DNA of 64,000 bases from Minisyncoccota bacterium (GTDB taxonomy: Bacteria > Patescibacteriota > Minisyncoccia > Phycocordibacterales > UBA9973): positions 36,783 through 100,782 of the forward strand of contig JBBABV010000001.1 of the NCBI GenBank assembly GCA_041657445.1, in the 5' to 3' direction. The position numbers and the translations under genes are program-made. The notes beneath the pieces are model-generated. The model searched no databases. It was given only the letters and a program-made list of their open reading frames with translations, and was not told the origin of the DNA. This document shows, in pieces, positions 50,328-59,591 of this stretch. Position 1 is the first letter of the stretch; each line of letters begins with the position of its first letter.

Positions 50328-51287
50328 TTATTTAAAAGTAGAATCTTTGACAATACTTGCAACCTCCTTTGCAGTGCTCGCTTCCATTAATTTTATTCTT
50401 AATTCCTTTGCTCCAAGAAATCCATTCACATATGCTTTAAAATGCTTTTTCATTACAGCAAAATTCTTCTTACCTTTAAATTCTCTTTCAAAAAACCTTG
50501 TATGCTCCACCATTACATTAAGCTTTTCCTTAATACTTTTTGGTTTCTTTTTTGAAAAAAGCCATGGGTTTCCAAAGATAGCTCTTCCTAGCATTACTCC
50601 ATCGCAACCAAACCAATCGACTTTTTTCTTTCCATCTTCTATACTTTCTACATCACCATTTCCTATGATTAAAATATCTTTATTTATCTCATCTCTAAGA
50701 CTTACAATATCCTTCATTAATTCCCACCTAGCAGGCACAAGTGACATTTCTTTTCTTGTTCGTAAATGCACAGTAAGGACATCTATCCCTTGATTTAATA
50801 AAAATCGTAACCATTCTTTATCATATTTGTTATAACCAATTCTTGTTTTAATTAGTATAGGTAAATCTCCCGCTCCTTCCTTTGCTGATTTAATTATTTC
50901 TTTTGCAAGTTCCTTGTTCTTAATGAGCGATGCCCCTGCTCCTTGCTTTTCTATTGCTCTGTCAGGGCAACCCATATTTATATCTATCCCGTCAAAACCA
51001 AGTTTCCTACATAACTCACTTGCTTTTTTAATATTCAAAGGGTTTGCTCCAAATATCTGAGCAATAATTGGATGTTCTCTTTTATTATATTTAAGATTTA
51101 CTAATAATTTTCTTTTTGCAAGAGGGTGTGTTAATCCATCAGCTGAAACAAACTCAGTCCAGAATATATCCGGCTTACCGTATTTTGAAATGATAGTCCT
51201 AAAGGCATAGTCTGTAACATCAGCCATAGGTGCAAGAACAAAAAACGGTTTTTTTATTTTTTGAAGAAAATTTATATTTTTTTTCAT
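50328..51287 (-). CDS. tRNA-dihydrouridine synthase (DusB-like)
   Basis: LAPMADVTD, DINMGCP, GNGDV, GVMLGRA. Confidence 0.93.
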   Translation of the reverse strand: MKKNINFLQKIKKPFFVLAPMADVTDYAFRTIISKYGKPDIFWTEFVSADGLTHPLAKRKLLVNLKYNKREHPIIAQIFGANPLNIKKASELCRKLGFDGIDINMGCPDRAIEKQGAGASLIKNKELAKEIIKSAKEGAGDLPILIKTRIGYNKYDKEWLRFLLNQGIDVLTVHLRTRKEMSLVPARWELMKDIVSLRDEINKDILIIGNGDVESIEDGKKKVDWFGCDGVMLGRAIFGNPWLFSKKKPKSIKEKLNVMVEHTRFFEREFKGKKNFAVMKKHFKAYVNGFLGAKELRIKLMEASTAKEVASIVKDSTFK

Positions 51288-51298
51288 TGTATATCTTC

Positions 51299-52168
51299 TT
51301 ATCTAAACCTATAATACACTTTATTACCAAATCTTAAATCTATATATTCAAGTTCTTTTTGACTATTTTCATATTCATTTAAAAACTGCTCTGAACCAAA
51401 GACAATTTCTAAATTTTCTGTCAATTTTTCATATCCAGAATCAATATTAAAAATTATTCTTGGAGGTAATTGAATTGAAGAAGAAAGAGAAAGTAAATAA
51501 AATTCCATATCTCCATCTTCTTTTACAAAAAGTGAAACTGGATTTATATTAATACTCTTTAGCATTTTCCTAAATTTATCAATTTCTTTGATTTTCTCTT
51601 TAAGAAATGTGTGTCCAATTGGACTTTCATAATCACTTGAAATACCACCAAAAAATTTAAAATACACATCACCAGAAAAATATGGTGCAGAACTATAAAT
51701 ATATCCTTCTTCGTCCATAAAATAGCAAGTCTTTTTTTCTTGAGAGAGAATAAAATTATTACCACACCACAAGTATTGTGCATATCGCTCGGTAATGTTT
51801 ATTTTAAGAGTATTCAATCCATCAAGATTAATATCAATATCTTTATATATTAGATATTCTGATTTAACCTTTTCTATTATATTTTTACGGGGTAAAAATA
51901 TAATACTTCTTTTTGGAAAAAGTAAAAGATATTTTTCAGAAAGAATATCTTTTACTTTATTCTTAAGAATCTCACCATCAATTGGATTAATGCCTGTAAT
52001 TTCTATTGAATTAATGCTTAATTTTTCTGAACGAGAAACAAAAACAAGAGCAATTAAACAAAAAACAAAAATAATTAAAATTAGTATTATTCTTTTTCCT
52101 AATACTTCCTTTTTTCTTAATTTTGCCTTTTTTAATTTTCTGGAATCAAGAACATCTCTCTTATTCAT
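51299..52168 (-). CDS. FtsQ/DivIB-like cell division protein
   Basis: Basic N-terminus, one TM, POTRA-like region, C-terminal YIDLRF. Confidence 0.75.
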   Translation of the reverse strand: MNKRDVLDSRKLKKAKLRKKEVLGKRIILILIIFVFCLIALVFVSRSEKLSINSIEITGINPIDGEILKNKVKDILSEKYLLLFPKRSIIFLPRKNIIEKVKSEYLIYKDIDINLDGLNTLKINITERYAQYLWCGNNFILSQEKKTCYFMDEEGYIYSSAPYFSGDVYFKFFGGISSDYESPIGHTFLKEKIKEIDKFRKMLKSININPVSLFVKEDGDMEFYLLSLSSSIQLPPRIIFNIDSGYEKLTENLEIVFGSEQFLNEYENSQKELEYIDLRFGNKVYYRFR

Positions 52169-52172
52169 TTTT

Positions 52173-53438
52173 TTATCCTATATATTCTCTTCCTCCCATA
52201 TAATTTCGTAATACCTCTGGTATTTTTACTTTTCCATCTATAGTTTGATAGTTTTCTAAAATAGCAGCTGGCACTCTTGAAGTAGCAACAGCAGTATTGT
52301 TTAAAGAATGAAGATATTTTATTTTTCCGTCATCATCCTTGTACCTTATATTAAGACGCCTTGTTTGAAAATCATGAAAATACGAAGAAGAATGTGTTTC
52401 TCTATATTTATCCTCTGACGGCATCCATGTTTCAATATCATATTTTTTTACTTGACCCAATCCCAAATCTCCACCACAATTTACTACCACCCTATATGGT
52501 AACTTTAATTCCTGGAGTAGATGTTCTACATGAGCAGTAATTTCTTCATGTAATTTAGATGATATCTCATGACTTGCTTCACATAAAAGAACTTGTTCTA
52601 ATTTATAGAACTCATGTACTCTTATAATACCTTTTGTATCCTTTCCATGACTTCCTGCTTCCCTTCTAAAACAAGGAGAGAATGTTATAAATTTTCTAGG
52701 TAATGTTTCCTTGGGAATAATCTCTCCAGAAAAATATGACATTGTAGCCACTTCTGCTGTTCCTGCTAGATAGTTTTCATCTTGAGTTTTATAAAGATCT
52801 TGTTCTCCTTGTGGTAAATACCCAGTTCCAAAAAGTGCTTCCTTACGAACCATTGAAGGAACAATCATAGGTGTATATCCTATTTTTACAAAATAATCAA
52901 GAAAGTATTGCCATAAAGCAAAAAAAAGAAGTGCTCCATCGTTTTTAATAAAATACCCCCTAAACCCAGAAACTTTTGTCCCTCTTGCAAAATCAGCTAA
53001 ATCTAAATCTTCCATTATTGATATATGGTTTTTGGGAGTGAAATCAAATGAAGTCTTTTCTCCCCAAGTTCTAATTTCAGAATTTTGTTCATCATTTTCC
53101 CCCTCAGGAACTGACATATCTGGAATATTTGGAACCTCAAGCATGAGCTTATACCATTCTTTCATTATCTCCCTTAATTTTTCCTCTCTTATCTTTATTT
53201 CATCCTTTACACCTCTCATTTCTTCTATTAATTGAATCTTAAGTGCAGGATCTTGATCTCTTGCAATATCATTAGAAACACGATTTATTTCACTTCTTAA
53301 TTCTTCTACTTCTTTTAAGATTTTTAATCTCTCATCATCTACAAATATGAGTTTGTCAACATCAAAATCTATATGCTTCTTTTTTGAACCAACAACTACT
53401 ACATCTTTATTTTCACGAATAAATTTTATATCTAACAT
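52173..53438 (-). CDS. serS: Serine--tRNA ligase
   Basis: MLDIKFIREN, TAE, CFRREAG, GIIRVHEF, KKYDIE. Confidence 0.98.
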   Translation of the reverse strand: MLDIKFIRENKDVVVVGSKKKHIDFDVDKLIFVDDERLKILKEVEELRSEINRVSNDIARDQDPALKIQLIEEMRGVKDEIKIREEKLREIMKEWYKLMLEVPNIPDMSVPEGENDEQNSEIRTWGEKTSFDFTPKNHISIMEDLDLADFARGTKVSGFRGYFIKNDGALLFFALWQYFLDYFVKIGYTPMIVPSMVRKEALFGTGYLPQGEQDLYKTQDENYLAGTAEVATMSYFSGEIIPKETLPRKFITFSPCFRREAGSHGKDTKGIIRVHEFYKLEQVLLCEASHEISSKLHEEITAHVEHLLQELKLPYRVVVNCGGDLGLGQVKKYDIETWMPSEDKYRETHSSSYFHDFQTRRLNIRYKDDDGKIKYLHSLNNTAVATSRVPAAILENYQTIDGKVKIPEVLRNYMGGREYIG

Positions 53439-53510
53439 AATGTTTATATTATATATTAATTATGCTACAATGACAAAGTCAGGTGCAAGACGCCGTAATC
53501 TAATCTATAT

Positions 53511-54386
53511 ATGGAAATAAGAAAACTAGCAAGAAGCGAGTTTCCACTTGCGTTATTGGAAATACCAGAACCACCAAAAAATCTTTGGATTATTGGTAAT
53601 TTACCAGATAACAAAATATACACATATTTATGTGTAGTTGGTTCAAGAAAAAATACATATTACGGTCGTGATGTATGTGAATACATATTATCAGGATTAA
53701 AAGGATACCCTATCGTAATAGTGTCAGGTTTTGCTATGGGTATTGATACCATAGCACACAATACTGCAATAAATATAGGTATTCCTACGGTAGTCCTACC
53801 TGGTTCAGGACTTTCAAAAGAAGTAATGTATCCTAAGACAAATCAAGAAATGGTAGACAAAATTATTGAAACAAAAGGATGCCTTCTATCAGAATTTGAA
53901 CCAAACCACCATGCTACTTTTTGGAGTTTTCCAAGACGAAATAGACTAATGGCAGGAATCTCAAAGGGAACACTTGTAATAGAAGCATCAGAAAAATCAG
54001 GGACACTCATCACTGCAAGACTGACAACAGAATACAATAGAGATCTCTTTGCTGTTCCAGGTTCAATTTTTCATCCAAATTCAATAGGTGCAAATAAACT
54101 CATAAAGCAAGGTGCAACACCCATAACAAACTCAAACGAACTACTAGACGCACTTGGTTTTGAACAAAAAACAACAAACGAATCCCTATACATCAATCTT
54201 TCTAAAGAAGAAAGAAGAATTGTAAAAATGTTAAGAAAACCTCTTTCTCGTGATGAGATAATTCAAATGACAAAAACAAATGCATCGCATGTAAATTCAC
54301 TTCTCTATATATTAGAAATTAAGGAAATAATTAAAGAGGAATGTGGTGTTATTAGATTGATAAATTTGCCAAATAATAGTATTTAG
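53511..54386 (+). CDS. dprA: DNA processing protein DprA
   Basis: VVGSR, VSGFAMGID..AH, FPRRNR, SGTLITA, AVPG. Confidence 0.96.
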   Translation: MEIRKLARSEFPLALLEIPEPPKNLWIIGNLPDNKIYTYLCVVGSRKNTYYGRDVCEYILSGLKGYPIVIVSGFAMGIDTIAHNTAINIGIPTVVLPGSGLSKEVMYPKTNQEMVDKIIETKGCLLSEFEPNHHATFWSFPRRNRLMAGISKGTLVIEASEKSGTLITARLTTEYNRDLFAVPGSIFHPNSIGANKLIKQGATPITNSNELLDALGFEQKTTNESLYINLSKEERRIVKMLRKPLSRDEIIQMTKTNASHVNSLLYILEIKEIIKEECGVIRLINLPNNSI

Positions 54387-54407
54387 TGTAATACTTAAAA
54401 AAACGAT

Positions 54408-56675
54408 ATGAAATTATTAATTGTAGAATCACCATCAAAAGCAAAAACAATAGAGAAATATCTCTCAGATTTTTCTGCTTCAAAAAAAGATAAATACATG
54501 GTCAGGGCCTCGGTTGGGCATATCCGAGATCTTCCCAAATCAAACAAAAAAGCAATAGATATTGATTCTGGATTTGTTCCCTATTATGAAATATCTAAAG
54601 GAAAAGAAAAAGTAGTAAATGAACTACAAAACATGGCAGAAAAAGCAGATGAAATACTTTTGGCCACTGACCCTGATCGTGAAGGAGAAGCTATCGCTTG
54701 GCATATTGAAGAGATATTAAAAAGTGATAAAAATATAAAATCCCCCATCAAAAGGGTAGCATTTCATGAAATAACAAAAGATGCAATTATTTCTGCCCTC
54801 TCTAACCCAAGAGAAATAGACACAAACCTAAGAAAAGCACAAGAGGCAAGAAGAGTGCTTGATAGATTGGTAGGGTATGATTTATCCGGAATAATCTGGA
54901 AAAAAGTTAGATATGGACTTTCTGCAGGTAGAGTTCAATCCCCTGCATTGAGGATAATAATGGAAAGAGAAAGAGAGATAAGAGCATTCATCCCAGAGAA
55001 GTATTGGAAAATATGGGGAGATTTTGAGACAAAGAGTAAAGCAAAAATTACATTAAATTGTGATGAAGAGCCAAGAGATGAAGAATTAGTAAAAAAAATA
55101 CTGAACGACGGTAGAAATAAAAAATGGATAATAAGTGATGTAAAGGAATCTGAACAAAAAAGATCCCCAAGGGCACCATTTACAACTTCTACTCTTCAGC
55201 AAACAGCAAGTTCTAGACTTGGATATTCCCCATCTAAAACAATGCAAATTGCCCAAAAACTCTACGAAGCAGGACATATTACATATATGAGAACAGATAG
55301 CACAAGTATTGCAAATACCGCACAAGCCCAAATTATTTCTTTAGTAAAGAAAAAGTATGGTGAAGAATACTCATCTCCAAGAAAATATAAAACCAAATCA
55401 AAAAATGCACAAGAAGCACACGAGGCTATCAGACCCACACATATAGATTGCACAGAAGCAGGAAACGAGGAACAAAGAAAATTGTATCGCCTTATCTGGG
55501 AAAGAACAATATCATCCCAGATGTCAGATGCAAAACTTAAAAAAACAAAAATAACAGCAAAAATTTCTGATAGTCATACACTTCCTTCTTTTTCAGCAAA
55601 TGGATCAAGATTACTGTTTGCAGGTTGGCTTGCAGTGGATACTACATCAAGAGGTGACGACATCGAACTTCCGCCAGTAAAAATAGGAGAAAATCTTAAA
55701 GTGATTTCACTAGAAACGGAAGAAAAATTTACGGAACCTCCATATAGATATTCAGAGGCAGGATTGATAAAAGAACTTGAAGCAAGAGGAATAGGAAGAC
55801 CTTCAACCTATGCATCAATAATGAAGACTTTAGAAGAAAGACAATATATTAAAAAAGAAAACAGAACCCTTTTCCCTACTGACACTGGTGAAGTAGTATC
55901 TAGTTTCTTAGAAAATCATTTTGCTAAATACATCTCTGACACATTTACTGCAGAAATGGAAAACGAACTTGATGAGATATCAAGAGGAGAAAGAAAATAC
56001 GAAAAAACTCTTAAAGATTTTTATGATCCGTTTCAAAGAGAAGTAAAAGAAAAGGATAAACTTCAAAAGGTCACAAATCTAGGTGAAGCCCCAAATAATA
56101 TCAAATGTCCAAAATGTGGAAAAAGCATGATAATTAAACTTTCAAAAACTGGTAAATTCTATTCTTGCTCTAATTATCCAGATTGTGATGGAGCATTAAT
56201 GTTAGATGGAACAGAACTCAAGGGCCCAAAGGAAACCGGAGAAAATTGTCCAGAATGTGGTGATGATGTGGAAAATAAGAAAAAAAGAAAAGGAGGTAAA
56301 TTAGTAATAAGAGAAAGAAGAGACGGAACAGGTACTTTTATTTCTTGCTCAAGATACCCAAAATGTAAATTCATCAAAAAAGACGAAGCAGAAGAAGCAA
56401 GAAAAAAAACAGGTGTCGCCTGTCCAGAATGTGCAAAAGATTCATCTATAACTGAAAAAGGAGAATTAGTAGAACGAAGAGGAAGATTTGGTATATTCTA
56501 TTCCTGCTCAAATTATCCCAACTGTAAATTTGCCATCAAAGCAAAACCAACAGGGCAAACCTGTAATGAATGTGGCTCTTTAATGATGGAAGGCACAAAA
56601 ACCATTCCAGAGAGATGTAGTAATAAAACCTGCCCAAATCATAATCCACACAAGAAGAAAAACATTGTGATATAA
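54408..56675 (+). CDS. topA: DNA topoisomerase I
   Basis: IVESP.K, ATDPDREGE, SAGRVQ, ITYMRTD, GIGRPSTY, four C-terminal Zn ribbons. Confidence 0.98.
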   Translation: MKLLIVESPSKAKTIEKYLSDFSASKKDKYMVRASVGHIRDLPKSNKKAIDIDSGFVPYYEISKGKEKVVNELQNMAEKADEILLATDPDREGEAIAWHIEEILKSDKNIKSPIKRVAFHEITKDAIISALSNPREIDTNLRKAQEARRVLDRLVGYDLSGIIWKKVRYGLSAGRVQSPALRIIMEREREIRAFIPEKYWKIWGDFETKSKAKITLNCDEEPRDEELVKKILNDGRNKKWIISDVKESEQKRSPRAPFTTSTLQQTASSRLGYSPSKTMQIAQKLYEAGHITYMRTDSTSIANTAQAQIISLVKKKYGEEYSSPRKYKTKSKNAQEAHEAIRPTHIDCTEAGNEEQRKLYRLIWERTISSQMSDAKLKKTKITAKISDSHTLPSFSANGSRLLFAGWLAVDTTSRGDDIELPPVKIGENLKVISLETEEKFTEPPYRYSEAGLIKELEARGIGRPSTYASIMKTLEERQYIKKENRTLFPTDTGEVVSSFLENHFAKYISDTFTAEMENELDEISRGERKYEKTLKDFYDPFQREVKEKDKLQKVTNLGEAPNNIKCPKCGKSMIIKLSKTGKFYSCSNYPDCDGALMLDGTELKGPKETGENCPECGDDVENKKKRKGGKLVIRERRDGTGTFISCSRYPKCKFIKKDEAEEARKKTGVACPECAKDSSITEKGELVERRGRFGIFYSCSNYPNCKFAIKAKPTGQTCNECGSLMMEGTKTIPERCSNKTCPNHNPHKKKNIVI

Positions 56676-56686
56676 TAGTATCTGCT

Positions 56687-58153
56687 ATGTCAGATATCAA
56701 TGAACTATTCAAATTAACTGGCCCACTTAGTGAAAATGAAAAAAAATCCATTCAGGAAGCATTTGATTTTGCTAAGAAAGCTCACGATGGACAAAAAAGG
56801 TTAAGTGGTGAACCGTATTTCACTCATGTGTTTGAAACTGCAAAAAATCTTGCAAAGTTTGGAATGGACACCAAAACAATAATAGCAGGATTACTACATG
56901 ATATTTTTGAGGATACAGAAATCAAAGAAGAAGAAATAGAAAAAAAATTTGGAAAGGAAATAGTATTCCTAGTAAATGGAGTAACAAAACTTGGAACACT
57001 AAAATACAGAGGACACGAAAGACATGTTGAAAGTCTTAGAAAATTTTTTATTGCAATGACTAATGATCTTCGTGTGGTCATTATTAAATTCGCAGATAGA
57101 TTACATAACCTAAAAACACTTGAGCATATCCGTGAAGATAAACGAGAAAGAATAGCAAAAGAATCTATAGATGTATATGCTCCACTTGCAAATAGACTTG
57201 GAATGGGAAAATTAAAAGGTGAAATAGAGGATGCCGCTTTTCCTTATGCTTTTCCTAAAGAATATGCATTAGTTCAGGAAATGACAAAAGGAAAAGAGGA
57301 ATTGTATAAAACATATCTAACAGAAGTAAAAAATAGTTTAGAAAAGGAATTAGTAAAAAATAAAGTAAAAATAGTAGAAATAAACTACAGAGTAAAACAT
57401 AAATATAGTATTTGGAAAAAATTACAACGTCGTGATATGGATATAGAAAAAATCTATGACATAGTCGCTCTTCGCATAGTAGTAAATTCTATTGAAGAAT
57501 GCTATAAGGTTCTTGGCATCGTTCACTCTATTTGGAGACCACTTCCAGGAAGAATAAAAGACTATATTGCAGTGCCAAAACCAAATGGCTATCGCTCTAT
57601 TCACACTACAATTTTCACAGGTTCTGGAGGTATAGCTGAGATACAAATCAGGACTAAAGAAATGCATGCAGAGGCTGCTTACGGTGTTGCAGCACATTTT
57701 GCCTATAAAGAGCATCAAGAAAAAAAGAAGAATGATGATAAATCAAAATATAAATGGATAGAAGACCTTGGTAATTTTAATCAAGTAATAAATGACTCAA
57801 AAAAATTTCTTGAAAATCTTAAAATGGATTTCTTTTCTGATAGAATATTTATTTTTACTCCTAAAGGAGATGTTATTGATCTCCCAGATGAATCTAGTCC
57901 AATTGATTTTGCTTATACCATTCACTCTGATATTGGAGATCATATAAGTGGTGTAAAAATAAACGGAAAAATGATGCAAATTTTTTCAAAACTTAAAAAT
58001 GCAGATATAGTAGAAATTATTGTAAAAAAGGAGGCACATCCATCTGGAAAATGGTTAGACCATGCAAAAACAAACATAGCAAAAAGACATATTCGCTCCT
58101 ATCTTGAAAAGAACAGCTTGCTTAGCAAACTAAAATCTTTTGGTAAAAGTTAA
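56687..58153 (+). CDS. rel: (p)ppGpp synthetase/hydrolase, RelA/SpoT family (HD-SYNTH-TGS)
   Basis: R.SGEPY, LHD, ADRLHN, RIKDY, YRSIHT, EIQIRT, FTPKG, DFAY. Confidence 0.95.
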   Translation: MSDINELFKLTGPLSENEKKSIQEAFDFAKKAHDGQKRLSGEPYFTHVFETAKNLAKFGMDTKTIIAGLLHDIFEDTEIKEEEIEKKFGKEIVFLVNGVTKLGTLKYRGHERHVESLRKFFIAMTNDLRVVIIKFADRLHNLKTLEHIREDKRERIAKESIDVYAPLANRLGMGKLKGEIEDAAFPYAFPKEYALVQEMTKGKEELYKTYLTEVKNSLEKELVKNKVKIVEINYRVKHKYSIWKKLQRRDMDIEKIYDIVALRIVVNSIEECYKVLGIVHSIWRPLPGRIKDYIAVPKPNGYRSIHTTIFTGSGGIAEIQIRTKEMHAEAAYGVAAHFAYKEHQEKKKNDDKSKYKWIEDLGNFNQVINDSKKFLENLKMDFFSDRIFIFTPKGDVIDLPDESSPIDFAYTIHSDIGDHISGVKINGKMMQIFSKLKNADIVEIIVKKEAHPSGKWLDHAKTNIAKRHIRSYLEKNSLLSKLKSFGKS

Positions 58154-58159
58154 TCTAAC

Positions 58160-59182
58160 TTAAATAGTAAAATTTGATATATCATAAAGACCTGAGTCAT
58201 TATCTTTTTGTTCTTCTTTCTTTTCACTATTCTCATTTTCTACATTGGATGTATTATCAACTAAACCTACACTAGAAGGAACATTTTCATCTTGAATATC
58301 TCCTTGATTTACTTCTTGTATATATCTATCAAGCATTTCAGATGATTTTCTCTCACCTTCTGATTTATTTATCATTTCTAATATCATTCTTAAATCGTCC
58401 TTTGAAAAGAAATCAATTTTGATTTGACCACCCAATTCCTTTCTATCAATATGAACCCTAGTGCCAAGTTTTTCTTGAAATTCCTCTTCTAACTCTCTTA
58501 TCTCAGGATCAGGTTTGTATTCTTTTTTTCTTACCCTATCCGATGCTATTTTTCTTGAAATTCTTTCCGCTTCTCTTACCGTAATTCCTTTATATACTAT
58601 CTCCTTATAAAGAGTTACTTGTTCCTCTGGATGATCTGCAAGCATAAGAAGTGGTCTGGTGTGTCCTTCGGTTACTTTCCCTTCTGAAACCCCACTAAGA
58701 ATTTCTTCAGGTAATGCAAGAATTCGCATTGAGTTTGAGACATACTCACGACTTCTTCCTAGTTTTTTTGCTATTTCATTATGAGTAAATTTAAATTCAT
58801 TTGAAAGTCTAAAAAATGCCCTTGCCCTATCTACTACATTTAAATCCTCTCGTTGTAAGTTCTCTAGAATTGCAAGTTCTAGTTTTGCAAGAGAAGTATC
58901 TCCTACTCTGATAATCACAGGAACTTGTGAAATTCCAGCAATTTTAGCTGCTCTTAATCGCCTTTCGCCAGCAATGAGTTCATATTCTACAACTAAACCA
59001 CCTTCTTCTTTTTCAACTTCAATCCTAGAAACTGTAAGAGGTTGAAGTACTCCATATTGCTTTATGGACTCAGCAAGATCTTGTAGGCGAGCTTCATCAA
59101 ACTCTTTTCTTGGCTGGTATGGATTTGGCTTGATTTTTTCTGTATCAATCCAAAAAATTGAATTGGAATATAAATTTGACAT
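58160..59182 (-). CDS. parB: ParB/Spo0J partition protein
   Basis: PNPYQPR, GVLQP, IAGERRLRA, ENLQREDL, HTH. Confidence 0.95.
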   Translation of the reverse strand: MSNLYSNSIFWIDTEKIKPNPYQPRKEFDEARLQDLAESIKQYGVLQPLTVSRIEVEKEEGGLVVEYELIAGERRLRAAKIAGISQVPVIIRVGDTSLAKLELAILENLQREDLNVVDRARAFFRLSNEFKFTHNEIAKKLGRSREYVSNSMRILALPEEILSGVSEGKVTEGHTRPLLMLADHPEEQVTLYKEIVYKGITVREAERISRKIASDRVRKKEYKPDPEIRELEEEFQEKLGTRVHIDRKELGGQIKIDFFSKDDLRMILEMINKSEGERKSSEMLDRYIQEVNQGDIQDENVPSSVGLVDNTSNVENENSEKKEEQKDNDSGLYDISNFTI

Positions 59183-59256
59183 AAATTGATTTTAGCACAT
59201 AAATTGTTTTTTTAATAATTGATTTTCTGAATAATTCTGTGTAATATAAGTGAATT

Positions 59257-59340
59257 GCCGGAGTGGCGAAATTGGTAACCGCAAACGACTCAAAATCGTT
59301 CGGGGGCAACCCCTTGAGAGTTCAAGTCTCTCCTCCGGCA
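59257..59340 (+). tRNA. tRNA-Leu(CAA)
   Basis: GCCGGAG/CTCCGGC acceptor stem, AACGA-CTCAAAA-TCGTT anticodon arm, long variable arm; CCA not encoded. Confidence 0.93.
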
Positions 59341-59556
59341 CTGTTAGAATAATTTTACTCTAAAATATAAGTGAAATTATTAAATATGATACTGAATAAA
59401 ATAAAAACCCTTGTAAGGCAGATTCAATACTGAAATGTAATACTAGTAGGGATAAAAGAGATTTATCAAAAATACTATTAATTTTTATAAATTAAAATTA
59501 TTCATTTATTCACTACCATATTGATAAAATTTGGTAATTAGTTTTCCACAGCCCAC

Positions 59557-59586
59557 TTGCATTATATCATATATGATATATCATAT
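59557..59586 (+). promoter_or_regulatory. Putative promoter/operator of HTH-murA
   Basis: TTGCAT (59557) - 16 nt - TATCAT (59579); perfect palindromes TATATCATATATGATATA (59563-59580) and ATATGATATATCATAT (59571-59586). Confidence 0.6.
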
Positions 59587-59591
59587 TAGGC

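Noticed and set aside
59243-59375. 12-bp direct repeat AATATAAGTGAA flanking tRNA-Leu
   Set aside because: Short and AT-rich, not a tRNA 3'-end duplication, and no integrase nearby
59341-59556. AT-rich intergenic region with one DnaA-box-like TTTTCCACA near parB as a possible oriC or parS site
   Set aside because: Only one box, no dnaA/dnaN adjacent and no parS palindrome seen
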